A model generated the notes under the pieces. That model was not told the origin of the DNA. It was given only the letters and a program-made list of their open reading frames with translations, and did not search any database. DNA of 45,799 bases from a bacterium (GTDB taxonomy: Bacteria; Patescibacteriota; Minisyncoccia; Phycocordibacterales; UBA5272). This document shows positions 10,363 through 19,554 of this stretch, in pieces; position 1 is the stretch's first letter, and each line of letters starts with the position of its first letter. The stretch is from positions 149,165 to 194,963 of the forward strand of contig JAHFMX010000001.1 of assembly GCA_023267635.1 (NCBI GenBank), given 5' to 3'. Position numbers and translations under genes: made by a program.

Positions 10363-10551
10363 ATGCTCTCACAAATCACTCGTGTCTTGGTGGTAATCGG
10401 TGGAATCAACTGGGGACTTATCGGTCTTGGCATGCTTATGTCTAAAGATTGGAACGTCGTTAATATGATTTTAGGTGGTGTACCAATGCTTGAAGCAATT
10501 GTCTATGTTCTTGTAGGGCTAGCAGCTGTCAAAATGATCTTGCCTCGATAG
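10363..10551 (+). CDS. DUF378-family small membrane protein
   Basis: LVVIGGINWGLIG...IVYVLVGLAA pattern, two TM segments. Confidence 0.85.
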   Translation: MLSQITRVLVVIGGINWGLIGLGMLMSKDWNVVNMILGGVPMLEAIVYVLVGLAAVKMILPR

Positions 10552-10574
10552 AGTTTTATTTCTTATACACATAG

Positions 10575-10614
10575 AAACAAAAATAGCGCACCATATGGTG
10601 CGCTATTTTTGTTT
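10575..10614. terminator. Bidirectional terminator, perfect 40-bp palindrome
   Basis: 10575-10594 is the exact reverse complement of 10595-10614; lies between convergent genes. Confidence 0.85.
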
Positions 10615-10617
10615 GTC

Positions 10618-10860
10618 CTATCTCCCAAAAAGTTTGTTCATAAATCTAAGCAGTTTCTCATACCATGTTCCAATAAGAGTATTTTTGTGAGCAAGCTTGT
10701 TGAGGTGGTATTCAACGTACTTGCTTTCAAATGAAAGAAGGATGAACCCAAGAAGTAAAAGAATTATTCCATTAAGAATAGGAAGTACTAATCCCGCTAT
10801 ACCTAGGAGTATAAGAAACACCCCAAGAAGAATGTGGGCAAGTTTTTTAACCTTTTGCAT
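10618..10860 (-). CDS. Small membrane protein (DUF454/PGPGW-like)
   Basis: LGIAGLVLPILNGIILLLLG hairpin TM pattern; candidate extended -10 (TGATACGAT) just upstream. Confidence 0.7.
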   Translation of the reverse strand: MQKVKKLAHILLGVFLILLGIAGLVLPILNGIILLLLGFILLSFESKYVEYHLNKLAHKNTLIGTWYEKLLRFMNKLFGR

Positions 10861-10917
10861 ACTGTAATCGTATCATAGATATCCCTTAGTAGGGGGTAGG
10901 GTTGTGTTTTCAACATC

Positions 10918-10946
10918 TTGCGAAAGAGGTACATTTCTTGTATGAT
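10918..10946 (+). promoter_or_regulatory. Sigma70-type promoter of the tRNA-Asn locus
   Basis: TTGCGA (10918-23), 17-nt spacer, TATGAT (10941-46). Confidence 0.6.
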
Positions 10947-10969
10947 TGTATCTAGATTCAGCATTTAGC

Positions 10970-11030
10970 TCCGTGCTAGATTAGCGGCAAAGAATTAGTT
11001 CGTCAGTTCCCGTCACAGGGAACAGGTATT
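10970..11030 (+). pseudogene. Degenerate 5' partial copy of tRNA-Asn (no T arm)
   Basis: 18-nt direct repeat 10956-73 = 11047-64; the first 23 nt of this copy align 17/23 with the tRNA 5' end; anticodon-arm-like hairpin GTTCCC-GTCACA-GGGAAC. Confidence 0.55.
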
Positions 11031-11060
11031 ACCATATTAGTTACACATTCAGCATTTAGC

Positions 11061-11135
11061 TCCGCGGTAGCTCAGCGGTAGAGCAGTTCCCTGTTAAGGA
11101 ATTGGTCGTAGGTTCGATCCCTACCCGCGGAGCCA
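11061..11135 (+). tRNA. tRNA-Asn (GTT)
   Basis: Full cloverleaf: TCCGCGG/CCGCGGA acceptor stem, GCTC/GAGC D stem, loop CTGTTAA, GTAGG-TTCGATC-CCTAC T arm, G73 plus encoded CCA. Confidence 0.97.
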
Positions 11136-11362
11136 AGCGCTGAATCCAAAAGACACCCATTAGGGTGTCTTTTGCGCTTGGCTCCGCGGAGTACCTGACC
11201 TGTGTCAGGTACGTGTAGGGATCGAACCGCGGGCCGCAGTCTTCGAAGAGAAGACGTAGGTTTCGAGCATAGCAATGCGAGAGGCGATCCCTACCCATTT
11301 TGCTTTCAGTCTTTTGAAATTAGCAGTCCCGTGTAATCACGGGAAAGATCCCTACCCACGGA
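11125..11362 (+). repeat. tRNA trailer with antisense and repeated tRNA 3' fragments interleaved with small hairpins
   Basis: 11174-89 = revcomp of 11125-40; 11215-28 = revcomp of 11111-24; GATCCCTACCC recurs at 11286-96 and 11347-57. Confidence 0.8.
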
Positions 11363-11467
11363 TTGTAACCCGCGAAGAGCGGAGGTGGGTCCTGAACTCA
11401 GCAGAGAGCGAGGGGTAATTCTTAATGTTTTAGTAAAGTAAGCTTTTTGAATGGTATAATTAAGGTT

Positions 11468-11920
11468 ATGAAAAATAAACAACTTACTTGGTTTATAGTA
11501 TTACTTTTATTTGTGATTTGTTTATTCCTTTTTGCAACATACAAAAATAATCAAAGTAAGTTTATTTTACTTCAACAAGAGAAGTGCAGAGAGGCTGGCG
11601 ACATAGCCTATAAGGCTGATTTGAAACAATATGTTGGGGTTGAGGTATTTGAACCCGAGTATGCATATAATAAAAAGTTGAATACCTGTGTCTACGGTGG
11701 GGGTTATAGAGATGAAGGTGACAAGCGAGAAGGAATTAGTAATAACATTTTTCATGAAAATTGTAATAGTTCGTGGACTAAATGGGTGAAGGATAGCTAT
11801 ACAAATAAAAGAATTATTGAGTTAATGAACTTTCATAATAATTGTGAGTGGATTACAAAAATAGAGGAAATAGATACTTATAATGAAAAGGCTGAAGCCT
11901 TACTAAGCAATACTAACTAG
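11468..11920 (+). CDS. Hypothetical membrane-anchored protein, AT-rich
   Basis: N-terminal TM, four Cys; TGGTATAAT extended -10 ends 7 nt before the ATG at 11468. Confidence 0.75.
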   Translation: MKNKQLTWFIVLLLFVICLFLFATYKNNQSKFILLQQEKCREAGDIAYKADLKQYVGVEVFEPEYAYNKKLNTCVYGGGYRDEGDKREGISNNIFHENCNSSWTKWVKDSYTNKRIIELMNFHNNCEWITKIEEIDTYNEKAEALLSNTN

Positions 11921-11973
11921 TTTATAGAAAAGCTAGTCTGACTTCCTCTGATGTTTCGGGGTCAAGTATATTG

Positions 11974-12012
11974 AAATAATAAAACGTCCCTCTGAGGGAC
12001 GTTTTATTATTT
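11974..12012. terminator. Bidirectional terminator
   Basis: 19-bp perfect arms (11974-92/11994-12012). Confidence 0.8.
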
Positions 12013-12031
12013 ATATTTATAGAGTTCTGAG

Positions 12032-12667
12032 CTAGGCAGTTGCTAGGTGTCCTTCTCCGTGATGATGCTCTGTGTGAGCTTGAGTTTCCGTTGAGAGCTT
12101 TCTGTAGAGTCTTGCGTATGCAATACAGGTTACTGGGATGGTTATGAAGAGTCCAACGCCAAGTGCAATGAATCCTGCTATGTTTATGAGGATAAAGACT
12201 AATCCAAAACCAAAGAGGCTCCAGAATTTACCTTTTGTCATTTCCATACTTTTCTTAAGCGACTCTATTACTCCCATATTTTCATGTTCCACGAGAAGAT
12301 ATGCAAAGAATTGGAGTCTCACCAAAAGATATACACCAGGAAGAATCAGAAGAATCAGTCCGACAAGGACGATTAACATGTACAGTATTGAGGCAAGGAA
12401 GTAGTGAAGAGTTACCTTATATGTTTTAAACGGTGCTAGAAGGTCACTATAACGAGAGCTGTGTCCATCAACAAGTACCAAAGCTACTGCTGTGAGTGCA
12501 ATACTCATAAGCATGGAGACGATATCTCGTATAACTGAAATATCTGCGACTATAAAGCTTATTAGAAAATATAAGAATGTGAGAGCAACCAAAAACCAGG
12601 CATGTTGTTTAAAAGTATTCCACCCAAACGTGAGTAATTCCTTGTATGTAAATTGCTTATGTGTCAT
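12032..12667 (-). CDS. Integral membrane protein (DUF975-like)
   Basis: Multiple TM segments; LLILPGVY...ESLKKSMEMTKG.FW signature. Confidence 0.8.
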   Translation of the reverse strand: MTHKQFTYKELLTFGWNTFKQHAWFLVALTFLYFLISFIVADISVIRDIVSMLMSIALTAVALVLVDGHSSRYSDLLAPFKTYKVTLHYFLASILYMLIVLVGLILLILPGVYLLVRLQFFAYLLVEHENMGVIESLKKSMEMTKGKFWSLFGFGLVFILINIAGFIALGVGLFITIPVTCIAYARLYRKLSTETQAHTEHHHGEGHLATA

Positions 12668-12788
12668 ATGTAATTAAGTATATCAGACTTCTTCTCTGTA
12701 TATAGTGTAATATTAAGGTATTCTCCACGTCATAGATAGGCATGGAGCTTATTTAGTAGATCGTATCCTTTATATAATTAAAACGCAT

Positions 12789-13772
12789 ATGACCACAGGA
12801 ACAAGTAGATCGGTAGTAGGAGGGGTTGTTATCATTGGAGTTATAGCTCTTGGATTTTTGTATTACTCAAAGCGGAGTAATGATTATTCTGCAGTAACAA
12901 ATTTTAGTGAGTGTAAGCAGGCTGGGTATCCTATTATGGAAAGTTACCCAGAGAAATGCCAGACACCAGATGGACGTCAGTTTACTAATGAGGTGGCAAC
13001 TACTACTCCTTCAACTTCTACAACAACTCTTCCGATAACAGGAAAAGAAAATCTGATACGCGTAACAAGTGTTAGTTCAAACCAGATTGTTGCAAGCCCT
13101 CTTACTATTGAAGGTATGGCACGAGGATACTGGTATTTTGAGGCATCGTTTCCTGTGGAATTACGTGACGGAAATGGCAAGGTGTTAGCTTCAGGTCCAG
13201 CTACTGCGCGCACAGATTGGATGACAGAGGAGTTTGTGCCATTTTCTATAACGCTTACGTTTGCACGACCAGTAACCGCAACAGGGACATTAATCTTGCA
13301 CAAAGATAACCCAAGTGGACTTCCTGAAAACGATAATGAGCTTCGTATCCCTGTGCGATTTTCGACCACAGAACGTTCCGTTAGTCTTTACTATTACGAT
13401 AGTCGTCTAGATAAAGACAGTAGTGGAAACATTCTTTGTTCTGCAAAAGGCTTGGTGAGTGTTACAAGAACAATTCCTGTTACTCAGACCCCGCTACAGG
13501 ATGCTCTACGTCTTATGCTTACGGGCAATCTCACAGCCGCTGAGAAATCTGCTGGTGTTACGACAGAATTTCCTCTATCTGGAGTTTCTCTCATTAGTGC
13601 CACACTTCCTGCTAACGGAGCTCTCACTATTTCTTTGGCTGATCCGCTTAATAAAACCAGCGGCGGAGCCTGCCGCGCTCAAGTCTTACGTGCTCAAGTT
13701 GAAGCAACAGCTAAGCAGTTTTCGCAAGTGAAGTCCGTAACATTTTCTCCTGCTACTGTTTTCCAACCGTAA
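12789..13772 (+). CDS. Membrane-anchored Gmad2 Ig-like plus GerMN domain protein
   Basis: NFSECKQAGYPIMESYPEKC motif; SPLTIEGMARGYWYFEASFPV (Gmad2-like); C-terminal GerMN-like QVEATAKQFSQV. Confidence 0.8.
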   Translation: MTTGTSRSVVGGVVIIGVIALGFLYYSKRSNDYSAVTNFSECKQAGYPIMESYPEKCQTPDGRQFTNEVATTTPSTSTTTLPITGKENLIRVTSVSSNQIVASPLTIEGMARGYWYFEASFPVELRDGNGKVLASGPATARTDWMTEEFVPFSITLTFARPVTATGTLILHKDNPSGLPENDNELRIPVRFSTTERSVSLYYYDSRLDKDSSGNILCSAKGLVSVTRTIPVTQTPLQDALRLMLTGNLTAAEKSAGVTTEFPLSGVSLISATLPANGALTISLADPLNKTSGGACRAQVLRAQVEATAKQFSQVKSVTFSPATVFQP

Positions 13773-13821
13773 TAATGGTATTTATTGTGCTCTACTGAAG
13801 ATAGTCACAGCGTCACACTAC

Positions 13822-14322
13822 ATGGAACCTCTTACTTTAAAATTAAAACAAGCGTACGACGAACATTCAGATGCGATATTTCGGTATTGTTGTTTTAAGG
13901 TGTCAGATCGAGAAAAAGCAATTGACTTAACTCAAGACGTGTTCGTCAAGGTGTGGCAGTATCTTCTTGCTGGAAATGAAGTAGAAAATATGAAAGCACT
14001 TTTATATAAAGTTGCTCGTAATGTAATAATTGATGAATACAGGAAAAAGAAGTTTGATTCTCTTGATACCATGTCAGAAGCTGGCTTTGAGCCGAGCGAC
14101 ACAACGCAGGTAGACGCTATCAGTATTGTTGAAGTACGTTTACTGGTGGAGAGAATTAAAGAATTACCAGATTCCTACAGCGAGGTAGTCTTTATGAGAT
14201 ATGTGGACGATTTATCGGTCAAAGAAATTGCAGAAGCTTTAGGGGAAAAAGAAAATAATATCTCCGTTCGAATACACAGAGGGTTACATAAATTGAAGGC
14301 AAGCATTACACAAACACCATAA
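13822..14322 (+). CDS. ECF (sigma-70 group 4) RNA polymerase sigma factor
   Basis: Region 2 (AIDLTQDVFVKVW) and region 4 (LSVKEIAEALG...ISVRIHRG). Confidence 0.93.
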   Translation: MEPLTLKLKQAYDEHSDAIFRYCCFKVSDREKAIDLTQDVFVKVWQYLLAGNEVENMKALLYKVARNVIIDEYRKKKFDSLDTMSEAGFEPSDTTQVDAISIVEVRLLVERIKELPDSYSEVVFMRYVDDLSVKEIAEALGEKENNISVRIHRGLHKLKASITQTP

Positions 14323-14326
14323 CACC

Positions 14327-14530
14327 ATGAAAGAAAAATACACATTACAACAACTTAAAGACATAAAAATGACCGACGAGGAGAAAGCAACTGTTTGGGA
14401 TGGGGTTATGAGACGTACCACAGATTACCCAGAAGGGGAATATCCTTTTGAGAAAAAACCAAATAATTGGGATGGGGTACTTCGTCGTAAGAGTGATTTT
14501 CCAGATGACACTACAAAGAAATCTGAGTAG
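14327..14530 (+). CDS. Small soluble protein with a tandem WDGV(M/L)RR repeat, candidate anti-sigma factor
   Basis: Starts 4 nt after the sigma stop; LQQLKDIKMTDEEK start; two 13-aa repeats 24 aa apart. Confidence 0.6.
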   Translation: MKEKYTLQQLKDIKMTDEEKATVWDGVMRRTTDYPEGEYPFEKKPNNWDGVLRRKSDFPDDTTKKSE

Positions 14531-14557
14531 GGATTAGTTTTGTAAGAAAGTGCAAAA

Positions 14558-14923
14558 ATGAATGCTCTTATTGCAGGAGGCACTGTGCCGACTGGAGATA
14601 TTTCAGGTCCTTCATTCTATAATGCAACTCAGACTCAGAACAGTAACTCAGCTACATTTAGTTTCAACACAAATGAAAATACAATGGCGCGTGTTGTGTA
14701 CAACACAAGTCCAGTTATGTTTAACGAAGGAGACATAAACAGTAATGGTTTTGGTCCTATTGGTGGATACTCTGCAAGTAGTGTAAATGGGATGTCATCA
14801 TCACATTCAATCACTATTCCAGGTCTTCAATCAAACACAAATTACTACTACACTGTTATTGCAACAGATGCAGCAGGTAATGCAAGTGTGTGGGGAACAA
14901 ACTCTGTGCTCCGTACAAACTAG
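14558..14923 (+). CDS. Fibronectin type III-like (purple-acid-phosphatase N-terminal-like) single-domain protein
   Basis: SATFSFNTNE...SHSITIPGLQSNTNYYYTVIATDAAGN pattern. Confidence 0.75.
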   Translation: MNALIAGGTVPTGDISGPSFYNATQTQNSNSATFSFNTNENTMARVVYNTSPVMFNEGDINSNGFGPIGGYSASSVNGMSSSHSITIPGLQSNTNYYYTVIATDAAGNASVWGTNSVLRTN

Positions 14924-14943
14924 TATCTAGATTGTAGGAATAG

Positions 14944-14974
14944 TACAAAACCGCTCTTTTTGAGCGGTTTTGTA
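14944..14974 (+). terminator. Intrinsic terminator
   Basis: 13-bp stem TACAAAACCGCTC/GAGCGGTTTTGTA. Confidence 0.75.
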
Positions 14975-15095
14975 ATATCTGATAAGGAAAGACCGTCTCT
15001 AGAGGGGAGAGTCGGTCCACGGTTTGTGTCGGGAGTCTGCGCCTGTGGAAAGCACAACGACAGATGGTATACTAATCATATTAACTTGTAAAACT

Positions 15096-15458
15096 ATGCA
15101 TATAATAATCACTGGTGTTCATATGGAAATGACTGAGGCAATCAGGAGTTATGCGATGGAGAAAATGAAGACGCTTGAAAAGTATGTTTCTAAAGACGAT
15201 ACAAGTGGAAAATTAACTGTAGAGCTTTCACGAACGACAACGCACCACGCACATGGAGATGTGTTTCAAGCAGAAGGTATTCTTCATATTCGCGGAAAAG
15301 AATCAACGGTACGAACAACACAGGATGATTTATATAAAGCTATTGACCTTCTTAAAGACATGCTCGCTCGGGAACTTGCTCAGCATAAAGACAAAGAGCG
15401 TTCTATTTTTAGAAGAGGAGCACACAAGGTAAAAACACTATTCAAAAGATTAAATTAA
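15096..15458 (+). CDS. hpf: Ribosome hibernation promoting factor (HPF/RaiA)
   Basis: IIITGVHMEMTEAIRSYA...DLYKAIDL signature; start placed at ATG 15096. Confidence 0.9.
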   Translation: MHIIITGVHMEMTEAIRSYAMEKMKTLEKYVSKDDTSGKLTVELSRTTTHHAHGDVFQAEGILHIRGKESTVRTTQDDLYKAIDLLKDMLARELAQHKDKERSIFRRGAHKVKTLFKRLN

Positions 15459-15466
15459 AGAACCTC

Positions 15467-16165
15467 ATGGATCATGACACAAAGACAACATTTGCAGTAA
15501 TACTCGTTCTCATTGTTATCTTAGGAGGTCTAGCTTTCTTCCTAAGGGGAGATATCAATTCCTCTCTTATAACGGGAGATACGTACGCAACCACAACAAG
15601 TAACCCAGCGACAAACATTAATCAAACACAAACAATCGGAACAACGACACACTCTATGAGTACATCCACTACACCAGAAACTATTACACGAGCAACTATC
15701 ACGACAAACAAAGGAGCTATTGAAATAACGTTTGCAACAAACACTCCAGCGACAGTTGAAAACTTTACAAAACTGGCAGCAAGCGGATTTTATGACGGCA
15801 CTCGATTCCATCGTGTTATCAAAGATTTCATGATTCAAGGAGGAGATCCACTATCGAAAGAGCTTACTATGAAAGATAGATGGGGGACAGGAGGTCCAGG
15901 GTATACATTTAAAGATGAAGTGTCTCCAACCGATAACTTCAGTAAAGGGGTAATCGCTATGGCAAACTCTGGTCCAGCTACAAACGGAAGTCAGTTTTTC
16001 ATTGTGACAGCAGACGCAGGCACTCCATGGCTTGCTGGGAAACACACTATCTTCGGACACGTAAGTAAGGGGATGGATATCGTAACGCTTATTGGAAGCG
16101 TATCAACAGACGGACGAGATCAACCGCTACAGGAAGTGATTGTTGAGAAAGTTGAAATACACTAA
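15467..16165 (+). CDS. Cyclophilin-type peptidyl-prolyl isomerase with N-terminal TM anchor
   Basis: FYDGTRFHRVIKDFMIQGGDP, MANSGPATNGSQFFI and WLAGKHTIFG motifs. Confidence 0.95.
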   Translation: MDHDTKTTFAVILVLIVILGGLAFFLRGDINSSLITGDTYATTTSNPATNINQTQTIGTTTHSMSTSTTPETITRATITTNKGAIEITFATNTPATVENFTKLAASGFYDGTRFHRVIKDFMIQGGDPLSKELTMKDRWGTGGPGYTFKDEVSPTDNFSKGVIAMANSGPATNGSQFFIVTADAGTPWLAGKHTIFGHVSKGMDIVTLIGSVSTDGRDQPLQEVIVEKVEIH

Positions 16166-16178
16166 AAAGGATAATACG

Positions 16179-16211
16179 CAAAAATGACCTGCATGTTGCA
16201 GGTCATTTTTG
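16179..16211. terminator. Bidirectional terminator
   Basis: 15-bp perfect arms (16179-93/16197-211) between convergent genes. Confidence 0.8.
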
Positions 16212-16214
16212 TTT

Positions 16215-17108
16215 CTAATGGAGATACCCTCGCTTGAAGTCTTCAAATGTCATTTCATGTTTTCCTTCAGGAGTAACTTTCAGGATGATGTCACTTGCGA
16301 CAAGTGTTTCAGTTCCTGCAAGCGTGAGGTCAACGCTTGTTACTTTTATGCGCATCTTCTTATCTTTATGATCAATGAAAAAATAAAGAGATGGCCATGG
16401 GGTAAGGGCTCTAAATTTTCTTTGTACCTCACTTGCGTTGGTTGTGAGCGTTATTTCCCCAAGTTCTTTAGTTATCTTCTTACAAACAGTTGTTTGGTCA
16501 TGATCTTGCTCTTTAGGGATAAGCGTACCTTCTAAGTAATGAGGGAGAACCTGTACTAAGAGTTCACCGCCGAGTTGACCACACTCTACTTCCATAGCTC
16601 CCACGGTGGTGTTTGGATTAATAATAAATGCAGACTGTGTGAGAATCGGGCCATGATCCATAAGATCATCAAGCTTCATGATAGAAACGCCTGTCGTCAT
16701 GTCGCCTGAAAGTAATACTGATTCAATAGGGGACGGTCCACGGTATTTAGGAAGAAGTGAAGGGTGAACATTTAACACACCATGAGTGGGGATATTGAGA
16801 ATTTCTTCGGGAATCATTTTGCCATAACTTGCAACAATGAATAGATCGAACGGTTCGCTGTGAAGTGGAGAATCTTCCCCAAGTTCTTTAAGGGATTCTG
16901 GTTGATAGGTTGAGATGTGATTCATTTCAGCCCATGTTTTTATGTGTGGGGAGACAATCTCTAAATGACGCCCTTGAGGTGCATCAGGTTTAGTTACCAG
17001 AAGGGCTGGAGTGTATCCCGCACGGACAAGTGCCGCTAGTACTGACTCAGCAAGTGGTCCTGTTCCAAAAAATGCGAAGGTACTATTTTTTTCAAGTTCT
17101 TTTGTCAT
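16215..17108 (-). CDS. fmt: Methionyl-tRNA formyltransferase
   Basis: FFGTG, VASYGKMIP, LNVHPSLLPKYRGPSPI and DHGPI motifs; adjacent to def. Confidence 0.96.
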   Translation of the reverse strand: MTKELEKNSTFAFFGTGPLAESVLAALVRAGYTPALLVTKPDAPQGRHLEIVSPHIKTWAEMNHISTYQPESLKELGEDSPLHSEPFDLFIVASYGKMIPEEILNIPTHGVLNVHPSLLPKYRGPSPIESVLLSGDMTTGVSIMKLDDLMDHGPILTQSAFIINPNTTVGAMEVECGQLGGELLVQVLPHYLEGTLIPKEQDHDQTTVCKKITKELGEITLTTNASEVQRKFRALTPWPSLYFFIDHKDKKMRIKVTSVDLTLAGTETLVASDIILKVTPEGKHEMTFEDFKRGYLH

Positions 17109-17114
17109 AACGTT

Positions 17115-17648
17115 TTATTTTTTTACACTGGCGCACACCTCCTCCTCGGTGTATTCTTCAAAATCGAATCCATGGTCTATAAAAAGTATTCCATCAAGGT
17201 GGTCAATTTCATGTTGGAATATGTGAGCAATAAGACCAGTTCCACCATACGAGAATTTATTACCATCAACATCCATAGCTTGCACAGTTGCTGATATGTG
17301 TCGTTTTGTTTTTCCATATATCCAACGTACTGATAAACACCCTTCCTGCTGTTCTCCTGTTTTCTTAGACATCTTAGAAAGAACAGGGTTAATGAATACC
17401 AGCGGTTTCCATTTTGCATTTTCTTCGTAGGCGTTTGGAGCAATAACGAAAATTCTTTTACTTATTGCTATTTGAGGCGCAGCCAAAGCAACACCGTCAT
17501 TTTCTTTAGCGAGTGCTTTTTGCATCAGAGCAATAGTGTCTTTTAATTCCTGTGTTCCAAATTCTGATTTGGTCACCATTGATGCATGGAGGCGGAGCGG
17601 ATTCTTCTCATCTTCGTCTATTTGGATTATCTTTCCAAGGTTTTTCAT
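17115..17648 (-). CDS. def: Peptide deformylase
   Basis: GVALAAPQI, EGCLS and QHEIDHLDG motifs. Confidence 0.97.
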   Translation of the reverse strand: MKNLGKIIQIDEDEKNPLRLHASMVTKSEFGTQELKDTIALMQKALAKENDGVALAAPQIAISKRIFVIAPNAYEENAKWKPLVFINPVLSKMSKKTGEQQEGCLSVRWIYGKTKRHISATVQAMDVDGNKFSYGGTGLIAHIFQHEIDHLDGILFIDHGFDFEEYTEEEVCASVKK

Positions 17649-17694
17649 AGCACTACTTTATCATATTTTTGTAAAGAGAAGAAACGTACACTTG

Positions 17695-19554
17695 CTAGAT
17701 GAAGAAGTGAAGGGGGTTAACAAGAGGTCTACCGTGATAAATAATACGTTTGATTCGTTCGCGTACTTGAGGGTTATGTGCCCACTCAGTTTCTTTTATG
17801 TGTATAAAGAGAAGGGTTACACCTTTACCTGCTTCGAACCATTCCACAACATATGGCTCAAGTTCTTGTTCTAATCGTACGCGCATCTGGTCTGCGATGT
17901 TATCAAAGGAAGCCTTAATAACGACGTAATGAGGGGGGAGGAGAAATTGCTCACGTTCACGAAGTAAGGTGCTATACACCTCGCGAAAGCTTGGAGCGGT
18001 TAATTGCTTAATTACCGTCATACCCTTGAGTCTCGTTTGTAGTAATAATTTGCCGTCCCTGTGATCACTTATAACTTTCTCGGCCATTTCAGTAACAAGG
18101 TTAAGAATTTTTTCATCAGTTCTATATTCTGGAAGAGAGAAAAGTGAATCAAGAGAGAGGATAATAATCCCATCTGCTTTTTCTATAATGTTGTGTGCCA
18201 TCTCGGTTCCAATTAGTACTCCGTACGGAGCCTCTTGCCACTCTTTGTACACCTTCTTTACCTTTGCACGTGTCGGAGTGTGTTCGCCATCAATAATAAA
18301 AAGCGGAATACCTAATCTTCGGAGCTCTTCCTCGACTCCTGTGGTTGCGATGCCGAGTGTTTGCATTCTCCATCCACCACAATTTCTACAAGAGAGTGTT
18401 GTATCATCGTTGAGTTGTACTATGTTTTCACATCCATGACATATGTATGTCCGCATACCTGCAATTTTATGGAGCACGTATGGTCGATTACAGTGTGGGC
18501 ACGTGAATAGTGTTCCACAATCCGAGCACACCGTCGTAGGGTACATTCCTTTTCTGTGGGCGTATAAAAAGTAATGTCCTTTTGTTGAAAGTTTTGCCGT
18601 GTGAAGAAGTGCAAGCGTTTGCCTCGCGAGGTAAGGACTCCCAGTTTTGTTTTCATCTGTCATAGGAATGATAGAGATAGGGGTATCGTTTCTAAATTGA
18701 AGCGGCATCACTTCGTGAGCATCTTTTGAAGTGTGGAGCATGTGAGCTCGAAGCGAAAGCATGTGAGATCCAAGGAGGCACGGTATATTACTTCCACGAG
18801 CAAGATGTTCAAGCACCAGCCTCATGTCATATCCGTAATCACCGTGAGTGAAATAGTAATGACTATGTTCACGCTCAATAACAATAAGCCCTAAATCAGA
18901 ACGCATCCATGGAAGCATGGAAGGAGTGGATAGAATAAGAAGCGGGTGATCAAGGTCTGTTATTTTCTTGAAATTATCTTTGTATTGTTTTTCGGTTAGT
19001 CCGCTGTGAAGCATGACAACATATTCATCAATTCCTCGAGACAGTTCTGCTTTCGCATACTCAAGGTCTGTAATAGTAGGAAAGAAAATGACAAGAGATT
19101 TCTTTTTTGAAAATGATTCACGAACAGTTGTTTTATATCGGGTGATTCTAGTGTCGGCGGTTTGTTCTAAAAGAAGAAGTTCAAATCCTTTAGAGTCTTC
19201 TGCGATTTTGATTGGTGAAAGCATGTCGAACGCTTTTTCTGAAAGCAGGTCGTACATGATGGTGCCGAGAGGCTGCAGGAGGTACGATGAAATATATGAA
19301 AGTGTATTCCACATCTTTGGATGGAGAAATTCTTTTTTGATTACTTTAGTTATTTTTTTTATTCCAAAAGAAGCGTTGCGAAGAGATTGTTTTTCGTCTT
19401 CTGCTTTTTGAGCATCAATGACGAGAGCCTTAACTATTCTTCGTTTGATAGTTACTTCTACTAAGTCTCCAGCATTCACATCATCTTTACCAAAATACGA
19501 AAGCTCTTCGTAGGGAATGCCGGTAGCGAGTGGGGCGACAGTGAGGACGCGCAT
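17695..19554 (-). CDS. priA: Primosomal protein N' (PriA)-like with degenerate helicase motifs
   Basis: N-terminal 3'-binding-domain pattern, four CxxC pairs, LGIATTGVEEEL and VLIGTEM; Walker A and B not recognisable. Confidence 0.85.
   Translation of the reverse strand: MRVLTVAPLATGIPYEELSYFGKDDVNAGDLVEVTIKRRIVKALVIDAQKAEDEKQSLRNASFGIKKITKVIKKEFLHPKMWNTLSYISSYLLQPLGTIMYDLLSEKAFDMLSPIKIAEDSKGFELLLLEQTADTRITRYKTTVRESFSKKKSLVIFFPTITDLEYAKAELSRGIDEYVVMLHSGLTEKQYKDNFKKITDLDHPLLILSTPSMLPWMRSDLGLIVIEREHSHYYFTHGDYGYDMRLVLEHLARGSNIPCLLGSHMLSLRAHMLHTSKDAHEVMPLQFRNDTPISIIPMTDENKTGSPYLARQTLALLHTAKLSTKGHYFLYAHRKGMYPTTVCSDCGTLFTCPHCNRPYVLHKIAGMRTYICHGCENIVQLNDDTTLSCRNCGGWRMQTLGIATTGVEEELRRLGIPLFIIDGEHTPTRAKVKKVYKEWQEAPYGVLIGTEMAHNIIEKADGIIILSLDSLFSLPEYRTDEKILNLVTEMAEKVISDHRDGKLLLQTRLKGMTVIKQLTAPSFREVYSTLLREREQFLLPPHYVVIKASFDNIADQMRVRLEQELEPYVVEWFEAGKGVTLLFIHIKETEWAHNPQVRERIKRIIYHGRPLVNPLHFFI

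Noticed and set aside
11056-11298. ORFs of 80 and 67 aa on the minus strand
   Set aside because: They are the antisense of tRNA-Asn and its trailer repeats
15024-15095. N-terminal extensions in the ORF track (hpf; likewise frr, greA, mraZ, rsmH, RRM)
   Set aside because: Family homology starts at downstream ATGs; the extensions overlap promoter elements
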